Shown here: positions 26,187 through 36,224 of the stretch, one piece after another
How positions within the stretch are numbered: position 1 is the stretch's first letter
Layout: the number at the start of each line of letters is the position of its first letter
DNA from: a virus
Taxonomy: Duplodnaviria; Caudoviricetes
Virus record (IMG/VR): IMGVR_UViG_3300031645_000001
Location: 1 to 50,673 of that record
Direction: 5' to 3' (one strand)
DNA: 50,673 nucleotides
Made by a program: the position numbers and the translations under genes
The notes under the pieces: generated by a model
Database searches by the model: none
Told to the model about the DNA's origin: nothing
What the model saw: the letters and a program-made list of their open reading frames with translations, nothing else

Positions 26187-26811
26187 CTTTGAGATTCTGG
26201 CTATCAGTGAAAATCCATTACCTTTAATAGAGCTGGCAGGAAGAACGTGTTATAAATCAGAAGACAAAATAACTCCTAAATCAGCAATGGCTTTTGTTGA
26301 TATGGTCACGAGAAGAGGTCACCATTCTGTAATCGAACATGCTTTTGCTACAGTAAAAATCATCTGTGATCGAGGAGTAACACATGAGATTGTGAGACAT
26401 CGACTTTGTTCTTTCTCACAGGAATCAACAAGGTATTGTAACTACAAAGGTGGAGTTACTTTTGTTATTCCACCTTGGGTAAATCTCAAACCTTGTGAAG
26501 TGCAACAAATAGATAAATTCCCAAATACTACTTGCCAAGCAGATTGGAACTGGCTGAAAGCTATACACATGGCTGAAGGTGAGTATGTACATTTACTAAC
26601 ATTAAACTGGTCTCCTCAACAAGCCCGTTCTGTTCTGCCAAACTCTACCAAAACTGAGATCGTCATTACTGCCAATGTCCGTGAGTGGAGACATATCTTC
26701 ACTCTTCGATGTTCAAAAGCTGCTCACCCACAAATGCGGGAAGTAATGATTCCTCTCCATAAAGAAATGAAATCTATAATTCCTGTAATCTTTGATGATA
26801 TAGAATATTAA
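26167..26811 (+). CDS. thyX: Flavin-dependent thymidylate synthase
   Basis: GHHSVIEH, RHRLCSFSQESTRY, ARSVLPN, AHPQMR. Confidence 0.95.
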   Translation: MILVKPSFEILAISENPLPLIELAGRTCYKSEDKITPKSAMAFVDMVTRRGHHSVIEHAFATVKIICDRGVTHEIVRHRLCSFSQESTRYCNYKGGVTFVIPPWVNLKPCEVQQIDKFPNTTCQADWNWLKAIHMAEGEYVHLLTLNWSPQQARSVLPNSTKTEIVITANVREWRHIFTLRCSKAAHPQMREVMIPLHKEMKSIIPVIFDDIEY

Positions 26812-26812
26812 T

Positions 26813-28069
26813 ATGACTAACAAGCGGAATATCCCTGACTGGATCAATGGCTTCATGCTACTCACTGAAGAATCTGAACCTCCTATTCTATTTCGTAAGT
26901 GGACAGCTATTGCAACTATTGCAGCTGCACTCCAACGTAAGGTTAGTATAGATATAGGAATTTCACTTCGCTTTTACCCTAACTTCTATATAGTCTTAGT
27001 TGGCCCTTCTGCTACTGGCAAAGGAACCGCTATGAAGTATGCTCATGATATAATAGAACAAGTTCCTAACATACGATTAAGTGCTCAAGCTACTTCACTC
27101 CAAGCAATAATCAGACGTATGAAAGAAACTAATCTTACAGACATAGATATGGAAACAGGTGATCAGATCTACCATTCATCTATGACCATCTTCTCTAACG
27201 AATTTACAGTATTTCTAGGCTACCAAAATCGTGAACTAATCACTGCACTATGTGATTGGTATGACTGTCCTAATCGTTGGGTCTACGATACTATTAGTCG
27301 TGATAAGGAAGAAATAGTTGGAATGTGGGCTAATCTTTTAGGTGGCACAACACCTGAGAATATCCAAGAAGCATTACCAGTAGCTGCTATAGGTGCTGGC
27401 CTTACATCTCGAATCATCTTTGTTAATGAAGAGAAGAAGAATAAGTTAGTAGTGTTTCCTAAAACTACTTCACATGAAAGAGATCTCCAAGAATACTTAG
27501 TCCATGATTTAGAACAAATAGCATTATTAAGTGGTTCGTTTAGATTTACTGCTGAAGCTATGGATTACTATGCTGAGTGGTGTTACTTAGCTGACTCTAA
27601 TCCTCCATTTCATGATAGTAAGTTTGACGGTTACTGTGGTAGAAGACGTAATCACTTATTATCCCTCGCTATGGTATGTTCAGCTAGCTGTGATAGTTCC
27701 TTAGCTTTACGAAAAGACGATATTGAAAGAGCTGCTGAGTTACTAGCAGAAGTTGAAGTTAGAATGGGACTTGTTTTTAGAGGTATGGGTAAGTCTGACA
27801 TATCATCTTTAATATCTGATGCTATAGTATTTATAGAAAATAGTACAACTGATCAAATAATGCTATTTGAATTTGCTAGAAAGTTCGAAGGTAATATGGA
27901 TAAGTTTACTATGGATAGAGTAATTAGTACTTTGGAAGCTCTAAATTATATAAGAGTAGTTCGCAAACCAGGAATGGAAAACTATATAGATATTTTAGAT
28001 CGTGCTGAAAATGATTGTACGAAAATCGAACAAACTAATCCAAACCCTGACTCTGAGGATTGTATCTAA
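26813..28069 (+). CDS. DUF3987-like AAA+ helicase
   Basis: GPSATGKGT Walker A, IFSNEF, GLTSR; follows the polymerase. Confidence 0.7.
   Translation: MTNKRNIPDWINGFMLLTEESEPPILFRKWTAIATIAAALQRKVSIDIGISLRFYPNFYIVLVGPSATGKGTAMKYAHDIIEQVPNIRLSAQATSLQAIIRRMKETNLTDIDMETGDQIYHSSMTIFSNEFTVFLGYQNRELITALCDWYDCPNRWVYDTISRDKEEIVGMWANLLGGTTPENIQEALPVAAIGAGLTSRIIFVNEEKKNKLVVFPKTTSHERDLQEYLVHDLEQIALLSGSFRFTAEAMDYYAEWCYLADSNPPFHDSKFDGYCGRRRNHLLSLAMVCSASCDSSLALRKDDIERAAELLAEVEVRMGLVFRGMGKSDISSLISDAIVFIENSTTDQIMLFEFARKFEGNMDKFTMDRVISTLEALNYIRVVRKPGMENYIDILDRAENDCTKIEQTNPNPDSEDCI
28012..28036. repeat. 25-bp dyad motif copy 15 (convergence of the two arms)
   Basis: TGATTGTACGAAAATCGAACAAACT. Confidence 0.9.
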
Positions 28070-31000
28070 GGTCATTTAATACATCAAAGAAGCGATCTTC
28101 ACTTTCCTTACCTACATATCCAGCATCTAATAACCTATCTAACTCTTCATTCAAAGCAGATCTTTCAGCTGGAGAAGATTCTGCTTTCCATATCTTGTAA
28201 AAATCCTTAGCTTTAAACTCTGGTGTAGTGTGAAATAATGAGGACCAACTAGACCTATGTGGTAAGTGAGCTGTGTCTTCTACAAATTTCTTCTTGCGTT
28301 CTAATGAAGCTATAATATGCTTTTCCTCAAACTTATCTATAAACTTATCTACATCTGCTTCATTCCCTACACCTTTCCAATAGTATCCTTCAGCTATAGC
28401 ATTAAATTCTTCCCGTCTAAGCATGTTATTAAAGGATTCATCTTGTAACATTCCACTTCTATCACTTTGTCTGTAAGCTCTTGGAACTGTAACTCCCATT
28501 AAGTTTCTCAATCCTGGAGTTTGTGCTATAGTCATAGCCCAGTGTTGTTTCTTTAATCTTGGGTCTAAGTCACTTGTAGCTAAGTCATAAATCTTACCTA
28601 TAGCCCAGGTGTATTCATTACTCTGCAATCCAAGGTTACGTCCAGCTGCTTTCAACCTTGGAGCTGACAATCCAGTAGCCTTACCTACATCCTTTGCAAG
28701 CTGTCCTAACTTAGGGTCACGCTGACCTTCTTCACCACTCTTAGGCCAATCAAATGCTTCATCTACTACACTCCTATTCTTCCATGTATCTAAGTTATGA
28801 AAGTAAGCAAAATAAGCAGCTAATGTTGGTGAAAGTGGAGTGTCAGTAGGTAGTGACCTAGTAATTGAATCCACTATCGACTGATAGTCTGGTTCTATAT
28901 CTGACATACCAGTTTCATATAACATCTTATTAGTAAGTCCTCTAAAGATATTATAAAAGGTAGCTGCAATAGGATCAGAAGGAACTGTAAAGGTAATCCA
29001 TCTCTTATTACCTTCTTCATCTATAAAGTTAAGCGAGTCAGGGAATAGTGTAAAAGTAGGGCCATTAATATGCTTCCATTCTGGGATATCTCTATTAGCT
29101 TCAGTTGCAAAGAGTGCCATAGCAGTTGTCATACCAACTGTAGGTATCGCTATATTAGCAACTCTAGCCCAAAAGTCTACTGGATTTTCCTTAGCTCCTC
29201 TCCCAAATGTCCTACCTGCGTTATAGCTAGCACTAATAAAAGGTCCAAATACTTTATCAATCTCCTTAACTAACCATCCACCTTGTCTATAAGGTAAACG
29301 TTCAACAGCTACATTGGTAGCTTCCATAGTCATGTCTCTGTTTTTATAAGCTTCCTCCAACGTAATGCCAGCTGCTTCAGCTTGCTGCTTAAGTGACCTT
29401 TCCATAACTGCTACTCTATTCCACCTCTCCATGCTTTGTCCCCAGAAGCTTAAACCATCTAATGCCTTATTCCAAGCATTAGGAGGCTTAATTCCTCTAC
29501 CCATAAAGTGACTTTCTCGCATAGCAAGGAAAGGCATAACTCCACCATTCTTTTCATACACTCCAGTTTTCTTACCTCTACTCATTACATCGTAGAAAGT
29601 GTTACCCATATCTTTACCAATCTGACCTACATATTTAGGTGAGAATCTACTAAACGTACGCTTGTATTTACCTGTATCTGAATCAAATGATCTAGCACTA
29701 AAAAAGGTATGACCTAAGTCCATCGTAATACCTCTTGTAGTAGCCCACATAGCAGATGTTCCAACTGCTAAAGCCCTTGTAAGATTAACACCTAACACTG
29801 TTGTAAGAACTCTAGTCAATGGATAACTCATGTGACCACCAGTTGATAGCAACTGTAGTGCTACATCAGGATGATAGTACATGGTCTGCTTCTTTCCGTT
29901 GTCATACCAAAAATCCCTGACCCACCCTTTTGGGATCTTACGGACAGGTCTACTTGCAGCCTTGTCATTCTGCTGGAATATTACAAGTGGATTATCTGGA
30001 TACTTTTCATCAAAGTCTTTCCATTCAAGCTTAGTTTCCTGATTACTAACTCGTCTGTAAATTCTATCCGCTGTCTCTTTGTACAAGATTCTTGAATCAG
30101 TTTCTATCATCGAGATAGCATTCTTACCTAATGGATCAATACCTGAGTCAGATTGTCTAACTAACTTATCGCCTACTCTTATTTTATACTTCTGATCAAA
30201 CATCTTTTCAATATTAAAAGATCTAATCTTTCTATAATCATGAGATTTTAACAGCTTACCTTCCTCCTCTGACTTAAGCCCTACTCTAACCATATCGTCT
30301 ACCCATAACCTAACATGGTCAGACATTACAGCACTTGCCTTTTCAGCTATAGCTCTTTCCTCAACAGTCATTCCCATGTAGAGATTAACTAACTTGTCAA
30401 CAGCTGCTGTCTGCTCAGCATTCATGCCTTTAGGACCTTTAAATTCTTTAGCAGTCTTATATCCATAGATGTCCTTTAACCTTTTAATTAGATCAACTGC
30501 ATCTATTTGCGTTGTTAAATTCTTAGGTACTCCTTTGTAAGCTTCTTTTCTCATCTCATAGAACATCCTATCAGCGCGTCCATCTGCAGCATCACCTGCA
30601 TCTATATACTGCAACATTCTATAACCGTCTTTTCCATATTCTTTAATCAGCTGACTGCGTAGCTGAAACTTCTTCTCATGTATAGCACGACCTGTGTGTA
30701 AGCCTGATCTGTCTAGGAATCTCTTCAGTTTAAACCGCTTAGCATTTCTAGCATCTTCAAATGACTCATACCATTCACCTGCTTTGTAAACTGCACGTTC
30801 TTTAGGTGAGGTACTACCTATTCCTTTACTCTTTATTTTATCTTTGATAGTTTTGTATAGTTTAATTACTTCCTTAGGATCTAGACCTGAATAAGCAGTA
30901 AATCCCTCTCCGTCAGGCCCTTTTTTACCTTTAAGCATATCAGTCTTTATACGTAGTTCTGTAATATTAAGACCGTTAGTTCTAAATACTCTATTATCAC

Positions 31001-33668
31001 TTTTCAAACTCCATAATAATCTAGGCTTCTCACCAGACTCAGCAGTAATACCTTCTTCCTGACCTAAGTATTTAGCATCATATTGTCTCCCAAGTTTATC
31101 TGCTAATGATTTATAAGGATCATCAGCAGTTACTTCAGGAAATTTTTGTGGTGGATATACTTTACCAACTGGCTCAAGTTCATGTACATCAGTTCGTTCA
31201 ATTTTCGGACGTTCTAAACCTCGTGCCCAAGTTGATGATGTACTTATTCCTTCCTTCCACTGCATATGATGCTCAGTTTGCAAGAAGAAAGCATTACCAT
31301 CTTGGTCTAACTTATTCAAGAACTCATCAGCTGTAGCATTTAACTTTGTTAGCTCATTCCTTGTATGCTCTACATCTATGCTCTCATCCCCTCCATACCA
31401 CCTATTCATATCATTGAGTAGTTTCCTCTCATACTTCTCTGGGTTATCTTTAATCCACTTAAGTTGATAAGGGTCTGTATAGGTAGCTTTGCGTAGCTCT
31501 GTTTCTTCTGGGCTTGTTAAGTAGAAGCTACTATCTGGATCAATGCCCATCTGCTCATCTACATCTGTAATCGGTTCAGGCCCTAATAGAAAATCTTCTA
31601 TCTCCTTGTCTGTTATTTTATCTATAGACTTACCATAGTTTTTCTCAAGCTCATTTATTAATGCTAAGTCTTCTGAAACAGTTTGTTCGATTTTCGGTTG
31701 ATCTTTTTTAGTTCGTCCAATTTCCGTTCGATCTACTTTTCCTTTCTCAGCAGCTTTAATCTTAAATGTATTAGTAACTGGCTTCCTCTCACTATCATAC
31801 CATTGCTCTCCAACCTTAAAATATTCATGCCCTTTCTTACTCTTAAACGTAGCATCTGGTTCCACACCTTCAGGTGCTCTCTCCATGACTGCTCTAACTT
31901 CAGCCGCAGTTCGTTTCTTGATTCTAGAAACCTCTGGAGGAAATGTCTTAGCTCTAGCTACCTGCTCAGCATCCCACATTATTTCTTCGGCTATAGCTAC
32001 ATTATCTCCTAAGGTCTTAACATACTCATTGTAAGTAAGATCAAATTGTTTTTGTTTAGTTTCTACTATACTATCAAGTGCTGCCTTTACATCTTCATCC
32101 ATAGTAGACTCAGCAACTTTCTTAGCTGTGTCTAAGTCAGCTGCTTGCTTACTTAAATTATCTACATCAGCTGCTGCTTTGTTAAAGTCAGCTCTTGGCA
32201 GACCTTTCCATAGAAACACTACATCCATTAAGGTGTCAAATACTACATTTCCAATAGGTCTGTCAGTAAAAGGATTACCTCCTACTTCTATTGCTCTTTG
32301 AGCATTAAGACCTACAAGACCAGTAATTATTCTTGCAGCTTTCTCAAGCCCTTCTTTAGGAAATACCCCTCTTGCTGCACCAAAGATTATACCAGTTAAA
32401 GCACCACTCTTGGTACCTTCCCAGATTTGTCCAGCTGCCTGTGAAAAAGTTACACTCTTAGATGCTTCACCTAACTGTGTCAATCCACCAGCTACACCAA
32501 GTAAGGTAGCATCATGAAGAGCTTCCATTAGTATCCTACCAGCTATATGACCTTCTTGAGTAGCTCTAGGAATAAACTTTGTAAATGGTCTAGTTAACAC
32601 TTTAGCTGTTTGCACAGGACCGAAAAAGAATCCACCTAAAGTTCCAACTGCAGTACCTATACCACCTATAGTGTTAGTAGCTGGAAAGTCAATCTCACCA
32701 GTTGTTTCTTCTCTAATAGCTGAAACTATACCAAACGTTGCAGTGTTAACAAATGCACTAGCTGCCTTCTCAATTAGCTCAGGTGAGTTTCTATATTGGT
32801 CTAACGGTATGCCTTCTCTAGATGCTGAATCCATAACTACAGCTTGAGCCCTTGCTGCATTTGATAACTTAGATTCATTCTCAACTCCAATTATAGATGT
32901 TAGCTTATCTAAGGATTTTTTAATAAAGCTAGTCTTAGTATCTGCTAATAGTTTCTCCTCACTGTCTCTTAGCTCAACACCTTCACCATACAGACCTTCT
33001 CCACTTACTTCACTAACCTTCTTACTCAACCCATACTTAAATCCCATGTGCATAGGGAAGTTAAATCCAGGAGGTGTTTCTTCCTTTGCCCAAGATCCAG
33101 TAACTCCATGAGGTTTTTTAACTTCAGGCTCAGGCTCAGGCTCAGGCTCAGGTTTAGTAACCTTAACCTTAGCTTCATTTATCCTATCTATATAATTAGC
33201 AGTTTCCTCAAACCCTCTAGGACCAACCTTCTTAAGGTTTCCAGGTCCCATGTTATAAGCTGCCTTAGCCATATCCCAATCTTTATATTTATCATAGTGC
33301 TTTTTATAAAGACCAGCTCCATAGTCTATAGCCTTCTCAGTATCAAGTGGGCTTGCATCTGGATGATATCTAGGAACTATCTGCATGAGTCCAACGGCTC
33401 CAGCTTTAGACATAGCTGCAGGATTAAAGCTGCTTTCATGCAGAATGACATTAGGTAGTAGTCCCTTAGGCAACTTATGTTTAGCCTCAGCAGCTTCTAT
33501 AGACTTTCTATAAGGTGCTGCATTTGGATAAGCATCCCAGTCGAAGTTGTAAGCTTCCACATCTGGAGTAGTAGCTGTAGGTTTAGGCTTAGGTGAGGGT
33601 CCAGATATGAAATCATCTAAGTTAGTCTTAGTCTTAGCTTCACCACTTATAAAATCACTTAGAGCCAT
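28035..33668 (-). CDS. Large internal virion/ejection protein with N-terminal lytic transglycosylase
   Basis: HESSFNP.A.S.AGAVGLMQ...AAYNMG...ETANY; 1877 aa; last gene of the arm. Confidence 0.85.
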   Translation of the reverse strand: MALSDFISGEAKTKTNLDDFISGPSPKPKPTATTPDVEAYNFDWDAYPNAAPYRKSIEAAEAKHKLPKGLLPNVILHESSFNPAAMSKAGAVGLMQIVPRYHPDASPLDTEKAIDYGAGLYKKHYDKYKDWDMAKAAYNMGPGNLKKVGPRGFEETANYIDRINEAKVKVTKPEPEPEPEPEVKKPHGVTGSWAKEETPPGFNFPMHMGFKYGLSKKVSEVSGEGLYGEGVELRDSEEKLLADTKTSFIKKSLDKLTSIIGVENESKLSNAARAQAVVMDSASREGIPLDQYRNSPELIEKAASAFVNTATFGIVSAIREETTGEIDFPATNTIGGIGTAVGTLGGFFFGPVQTAKVLTRPFTKFIPRATQEGHIAGRILMEALHDATLLGVAGGLTQLGEASKSVTFSQAAGQIWEGTKSGALTGIIFGAARGVFPKEGLEKAARIITGLVGLNAQRAIEVGGNPFTDRPIGNVVFDTLMDVVFLWKGLPRADFNKAAADVDNLSKQAADLDTAKKVAESTMDEDVKAALDSIVETKQKQFDLTYNEYVKTLGDNVAIAEEIMWDAEQVARAKTFPPEVSRIKKRTAAEVRAVMERAPEGVEPDATFKSKKGHEYFKVGEQWYDSERKPVTNTFKIKAAEKGKVDRTEIGRTKKDQPKIEQTVSEDLALINELEKNYGKSIDKITDKEIEDFLLGPEPITDVDEQMGIDPDSSFYLTSPEETELRKATYTDPYQLKWIKDNPEKYERKLLNDMNRWYGGDESIDVEHTRNELTKLNATADEFLNKLDQDGNAFFLQTEHHMQWKEGISTSSTWARGLERPKIERTDVHELEPVGKVYPPQKFPEVTADDPYKSLADKLGRQYDAKYLGQEEGITAESGEKPRLLWSLKSDNRVFRTNGLNITELRIKTDMLKGKKGPDGEGFTAYSGLDPKEVIKLYKTIKDKIKSKGIGSTSPKERAVYKAGEWYESFEDARNAKRFKLKRFLDRSGLHTGRAIHEKKFQLRSQLIKEYGKDGYRMLQYIDAGDAADGRADRMFYEMRKEAYKGVPKNLTTQIDAVDLIKRLKDIYGYKTAKEFKGPKGMNAEQTAAVDKLVNLYMGMTVEERAIAEKASAVMSDHVRLWVDDMVRVGLKSEEEGKLLKSHDYRKIRSFNIEKMFDQKYKIRVGDKLVRQSDSGIDPLGKNAISMIETDSRILYKETADRIYRRVSNQETKLEWKDFDEKYPDNPLVIFQQNDKAASRPVRKIPKGWVRDFWYDNGKKQTMYYHPDVALQLLSTGGHMSYPLTRVLTTVLGVNLTRALAVGTSAMWATTRGITMDLGHTFFSARSFDSDTGKYKRTFSRFSPKYVGQIGKDMGNTFYDVMSRGKKTGVYEKNGGVMPFLAMRESHFMGRGIKPPNAWNKALDGLSFWGQSMERWNRVAVMERSLKQQAEAAGITLEEAYKNRDMTMEATNVAVERLPYRQGGWLVKEIDKVFGPFISASYNAGRTFGRGAKENPVDFWARVANIAIPTVGMTTAMALFATEANRDIPEWKHINGPTFTLFPDSLNFIDEEGNKRWITFTVPSDPIAATFYNIFRGLTNKMLYETGMSDIEPDYQSIVDSITRSLPTDTPLSPTLAAYFAYFHNLDTWKNRSVVDEAFDWPKSGEEGQRDPKLGQLAKDVGKATGLSAPRLKAAGRNLGLQSNEYTWAIGKIYDLATSDLDPRLKKQHWAMTIAQTPGLRNLMGVTVPRAYRQSDRSGMLQDESFNNMLRREEFNAIAEGYYWKGVGNEADVDKFIDKFEEKHIIASLERKKKFVEDTAHLPHRSSWSSLFHTTPEFKAKDFYKIWKAESSPAERSALNEELDRLLDAGYVGKESEDRFFDVLNDLRYNPQSQGLD
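31191..31215. repeat. 25-bp dyad motif copy 16 (intragenic)
   Basis: AGTTCGTTCAATTTTCGGACGTTCT; encodes ERPKIERT. Confidence 0.8.
31680..31704. repeat. 25-bp dyad motif copy 17 (intragenic)
   Basis: AGTTTGTTCGATTTTCGGTTGATCT; encodes DQPKIEQT. Confidence 0.85.
31710..31734. repeat. 25-bp dyad motif copy 18 (intragenic)
   Basis: AGTTCGTCCAATTTCCGTTCGATCT; encodes DRTEIGRT. Confidence 0.8.
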
Positions 33669-34842
33669 AAGGATCCCTCCTAATTAATTTACCATCTAGA
33701 AACCAACCTTCATCAACTCTATACTCAACTCCATCACCAAACTGTTGTCTAAGTTGTGCGTCCATCTTTTGACGTACAGCAGCTTGTCTTAATATAGACT
33801 TAGCTTTAGCATAAGGAACATTCTGCTGTTTAGCAACTCGTTGAGCATCTTCACCAGTGTAGTATTTTCTAGAGTTTTTGTCTACTTGAGATTCAATATC
33901 AGCAACTACTTTAGGCCCTTGAAGATAAGCTTGACTTTCAGCTGATTTCCTTTCAAGTGTTCTTTCACCTATGTTAATATTAGTAGCTGATGCAGTAGCA
34001 AGATCTTTAGCAGCTCCCATTAATTCAGGATCTTCCATAGCTGAGCGTAGAAACTTTTCTTTCTCAGTAGGGTCAAGTATATCAAAATTATGCCTGCTTA
34101 ACTCATCAGATCCAAGTTTCTTAGCTTCATGTACATAACTTGCATATTCCTTCTCACTCTGTGGCAGTGCTTTCCACTGACGAAGCGATAAAGTTCCAGC
34201 TTCAGGGTGAGGTATTGGAAAGTTTTTATCAAGTGGTTCACCTTTAAGAATTTCACCAGTTCTAGCACCTGACTCTTTAATCAATGCACTTTTATACATA
34301 GTATCAACTAAGTCACTAACCCTCTTATCTTTCAGCCCCTCGATACTTACAGCGCCTGATAAAGCATTGGAAATATCTGTCGGTGAGAGGCCAGCCACAT
34401 CGTGAGCTGTGATACGTGACTGGCTATCGGAAGGGTTTAATTGATTACCTATAGATGCATTACCTTCAGGTGTAGTAGGTGCAGTACCTGTATTAAGTTC
34501 ATTACCTAATGAATACTTACTTGAGTCAAGAATTTGGTCTGAACCAGGTGCTCCCATCAATGTCTCATTATCAAATGAGAGATTTGACTCACCACCTAGC
34601 AATCCACTAAATGTCTCATTATCAAATGAGAGAGTAGTACCTTTAGCATCTGACTTCATGGTACCACCTTTCATCTTACCACTTATGATGTCTCTAAAAA
34701 TCTGAATCATATTACCTTGGCTTTGCCCAGCTATGTTTTGCTGAGTTATTGCATCAAGTGCACCAGCAGTACTCTCACCTTGCTGCATTGCAGAGCCTGC
34801 ACCTGATAGATATTGCATTAGTAAATTTGTCTGAATAGGCAT
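33655..34842 (-). CDS. Probable internal virion/ejection protein
   Basis: Position between two other ejection-like genes; helical/low-complexity. Confidence 0.6.
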   Translation of the reverse strand: MPIQTNLLMQYLSGAGSAMQQGESTAGALDAITQQNIAGQSQGNMIQIFRDIISGKMKGGTMKSDAKGTTLSFDNETFSGLLGGESNLSFDNETLMGAPGSDQILDSSKYSLGNELNTGTAPTTPEGNASIGNQLNPSDSQSRITAHDVAGLSPTDISNALSGAVSIEGLKDKRVSDLVDTMYKSALIKESGARTGEILKGEPLDKNFPIPHPEAGTLSLRQWKALPQSEKEYASYVHEAKKLGSDELSRHNFDILDPTEKEKFLRSAMEDPELMGAAKDLATASATNINIGERTLERKSAESQAYLQGPKVVADIESQVDKNSRKYYTGEDAQRVAKQQNVPYAKAKSILRQAAVRQKMDAQLRQQFGDGVEYRVDEGWFLDGKLIRRDPYGSK

Positions 34843-34857
34843 TTTGTTACCTCCAAA

Positions 34858-34882
34858 ATATCGTTCGATAATCGAACAAACT
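34858..34882. repeat. 25-bp dyad motif copy 19
   Basis: ATATCGTTCGATAATCGAACAAACT; overlaps TAG. Confidence 0.85.
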
Positions 34883-35768
34883 AAAAGAAAGAAGCTGCTA
34901 ATCCTAGCACTCCACCTATAACAGCTCCAGCAGGATTACCTCCACTTACCATATAACCAGCTGATGCACCAGACATAGCACCTCCAAGTGCCTTTGAAGC
35001 TTGACTAGGTTCATTTTGAGATGTAGTAGCTGCAGATCCTGCCCCTGCCATAGCACTAATTATACCTCTAACATTTTCAAATAAGTTAATATCCCACATA
35101 GCGTCTTTAGCTCTATATTCAAGATTTGCTCTATCAAGATCTAACCTACTTGCATAGTATAACTGATACATGTCAGAATAGACCTTAATAACACTGGTGT
35201 TCCACTCTAAATGTTTAGCAAACTGTTCATTAGATATACTAAGTGCGTGAAGTCTAATTTGTGAAGCAAACTTATTAATAGACTTAACATAAGCATCTTG
35301 AATAATAGCCTTTCCCATTACAAAAGTCGTTGATTGCACTGAGTTAATATCTCTCATACCAGCTAGAAACTTAGGCAAAACAACTGTGTCTATATCATCT
35401 TGTAACAGTGCAGCCTGTGCAGATATAGCATTTTGGATCTCAGCTCCATCAATTACATCTGTATATATCTGACCCCATAAAGCATGGAGATCCAGTCCAG
35501 CCATGAACTTACCAAACATATCCCAGAGAGATGGAAAGTCAACTAACCCATAATCAACTCCAAATAACTCTGATGGTATATCTACTGAAGCATAGTCTCC
35601 ATAAGGCGATAGTCCAAGAGTAGCATTGAAGATGTCTGTAAAACTTGATGTAGGTTCATCGGCTTCTTCATGATTTAAGTACTGTTCATGCATTGTCTCT
35701 AAGTAAGGAGCATAACGTACAGTAGTTTCTGTATCACCACCTCCACTACTTCCACCACCACTACTCAT
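34881..35768 (-). CDS. Probable ejection protein with C-terminal glycine zipper
   Basis: MSSGGGSSGGG start; ALGGAMSGASAG...AVIGGVLGLAASFF. Confidence 0.65.
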   Translation of the reverse strand: MSSGGGSSGGGDTETTVRYAPYLETMHEQYLNHEEADEPTSSFTDIFNATLGLSPYGDYASVDIPSELFGVDYGLVDFPSLWDMFGKFMAGLDLHALWGQIYTDVIDGAEIQNAISAQAALLQDDIDTVVLPKFLAGMRDINSVQSTTFVMGKAIIQDAYVKSINKFASQIRLHALSISNEQFAKHLEWNTSVIKVYSDMYQLYYASRLDLDRANLEYRAKDAMWDINLFENVRGIISAMAGAGSAATTSQNEPSQASKALGGAMSGASAGYMVSGGNPAGAVIGGVLGLAASFF

Positions 35769-35777
35769 AATTACCTC

Positions 35778-36224
35778 CTAATCAAACATCCTTCTACAGG
35801 ATGATTTGTAAGTTTCAAATCCATGGGAATCTAAAAGCTGTTTTACTCTTTTACTAGAATAGTCAGCTATTATCCCATTGCAGTTATTAGCTTTAGCATA
35901 AATTTTGAAGTTTTTATAAACCTCATCCATTGAAGCTATTGAAACCATCCTAAAACCATATAGTGAATCAATATTTAAGACTCTATCTCCATAGTATTTC
36001 TCATCAATTATTTTAGTTGTAAAGATAAAGTTTATTCTCTTTTTATCTTCCTTATCTAACTTATAACCTATCCAAGCTTGATATAGACCTGATAGTATAT
36101 TTTCTAAATACTTTATACCAAAGTCTTGTTGAAACTTCTTTGGTATCTTATAAGCCTGTATTACACAATGTCTAATCATCTCCCAGAATAATGGCACTTG
36201 ATCCGGCTGAAGTTTAATAAACAT
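35778..36224 (-). CDS. GNAT-like protein preceding the ejection genes
   Basis: YAKANNCNGI...LLDSHGF pattern; usual podovirus position. Confidence 0.55.
   Translation of the reverse strand: MFIKLQPDQVPLFWEMIRHCVIQAYKIPKKFQQDFGIKYLENILSGLYQAWIGYKLDKEDKKRINFIFTTKIIDEKYYGDRVLNIDSLYGFRMVSIASMDEVYKNFKIYAKANNCNGIIADYSSKRVKQLLDSHGFETYKSSCRRMFD

Noticed and set aside
34559-34633. 24-bp direct repeat (LSFDNET x2) and (CTCAGG)n PE linker near 33124-33152
   Set aside because: Ordinary local duplications in flexible protein regions.
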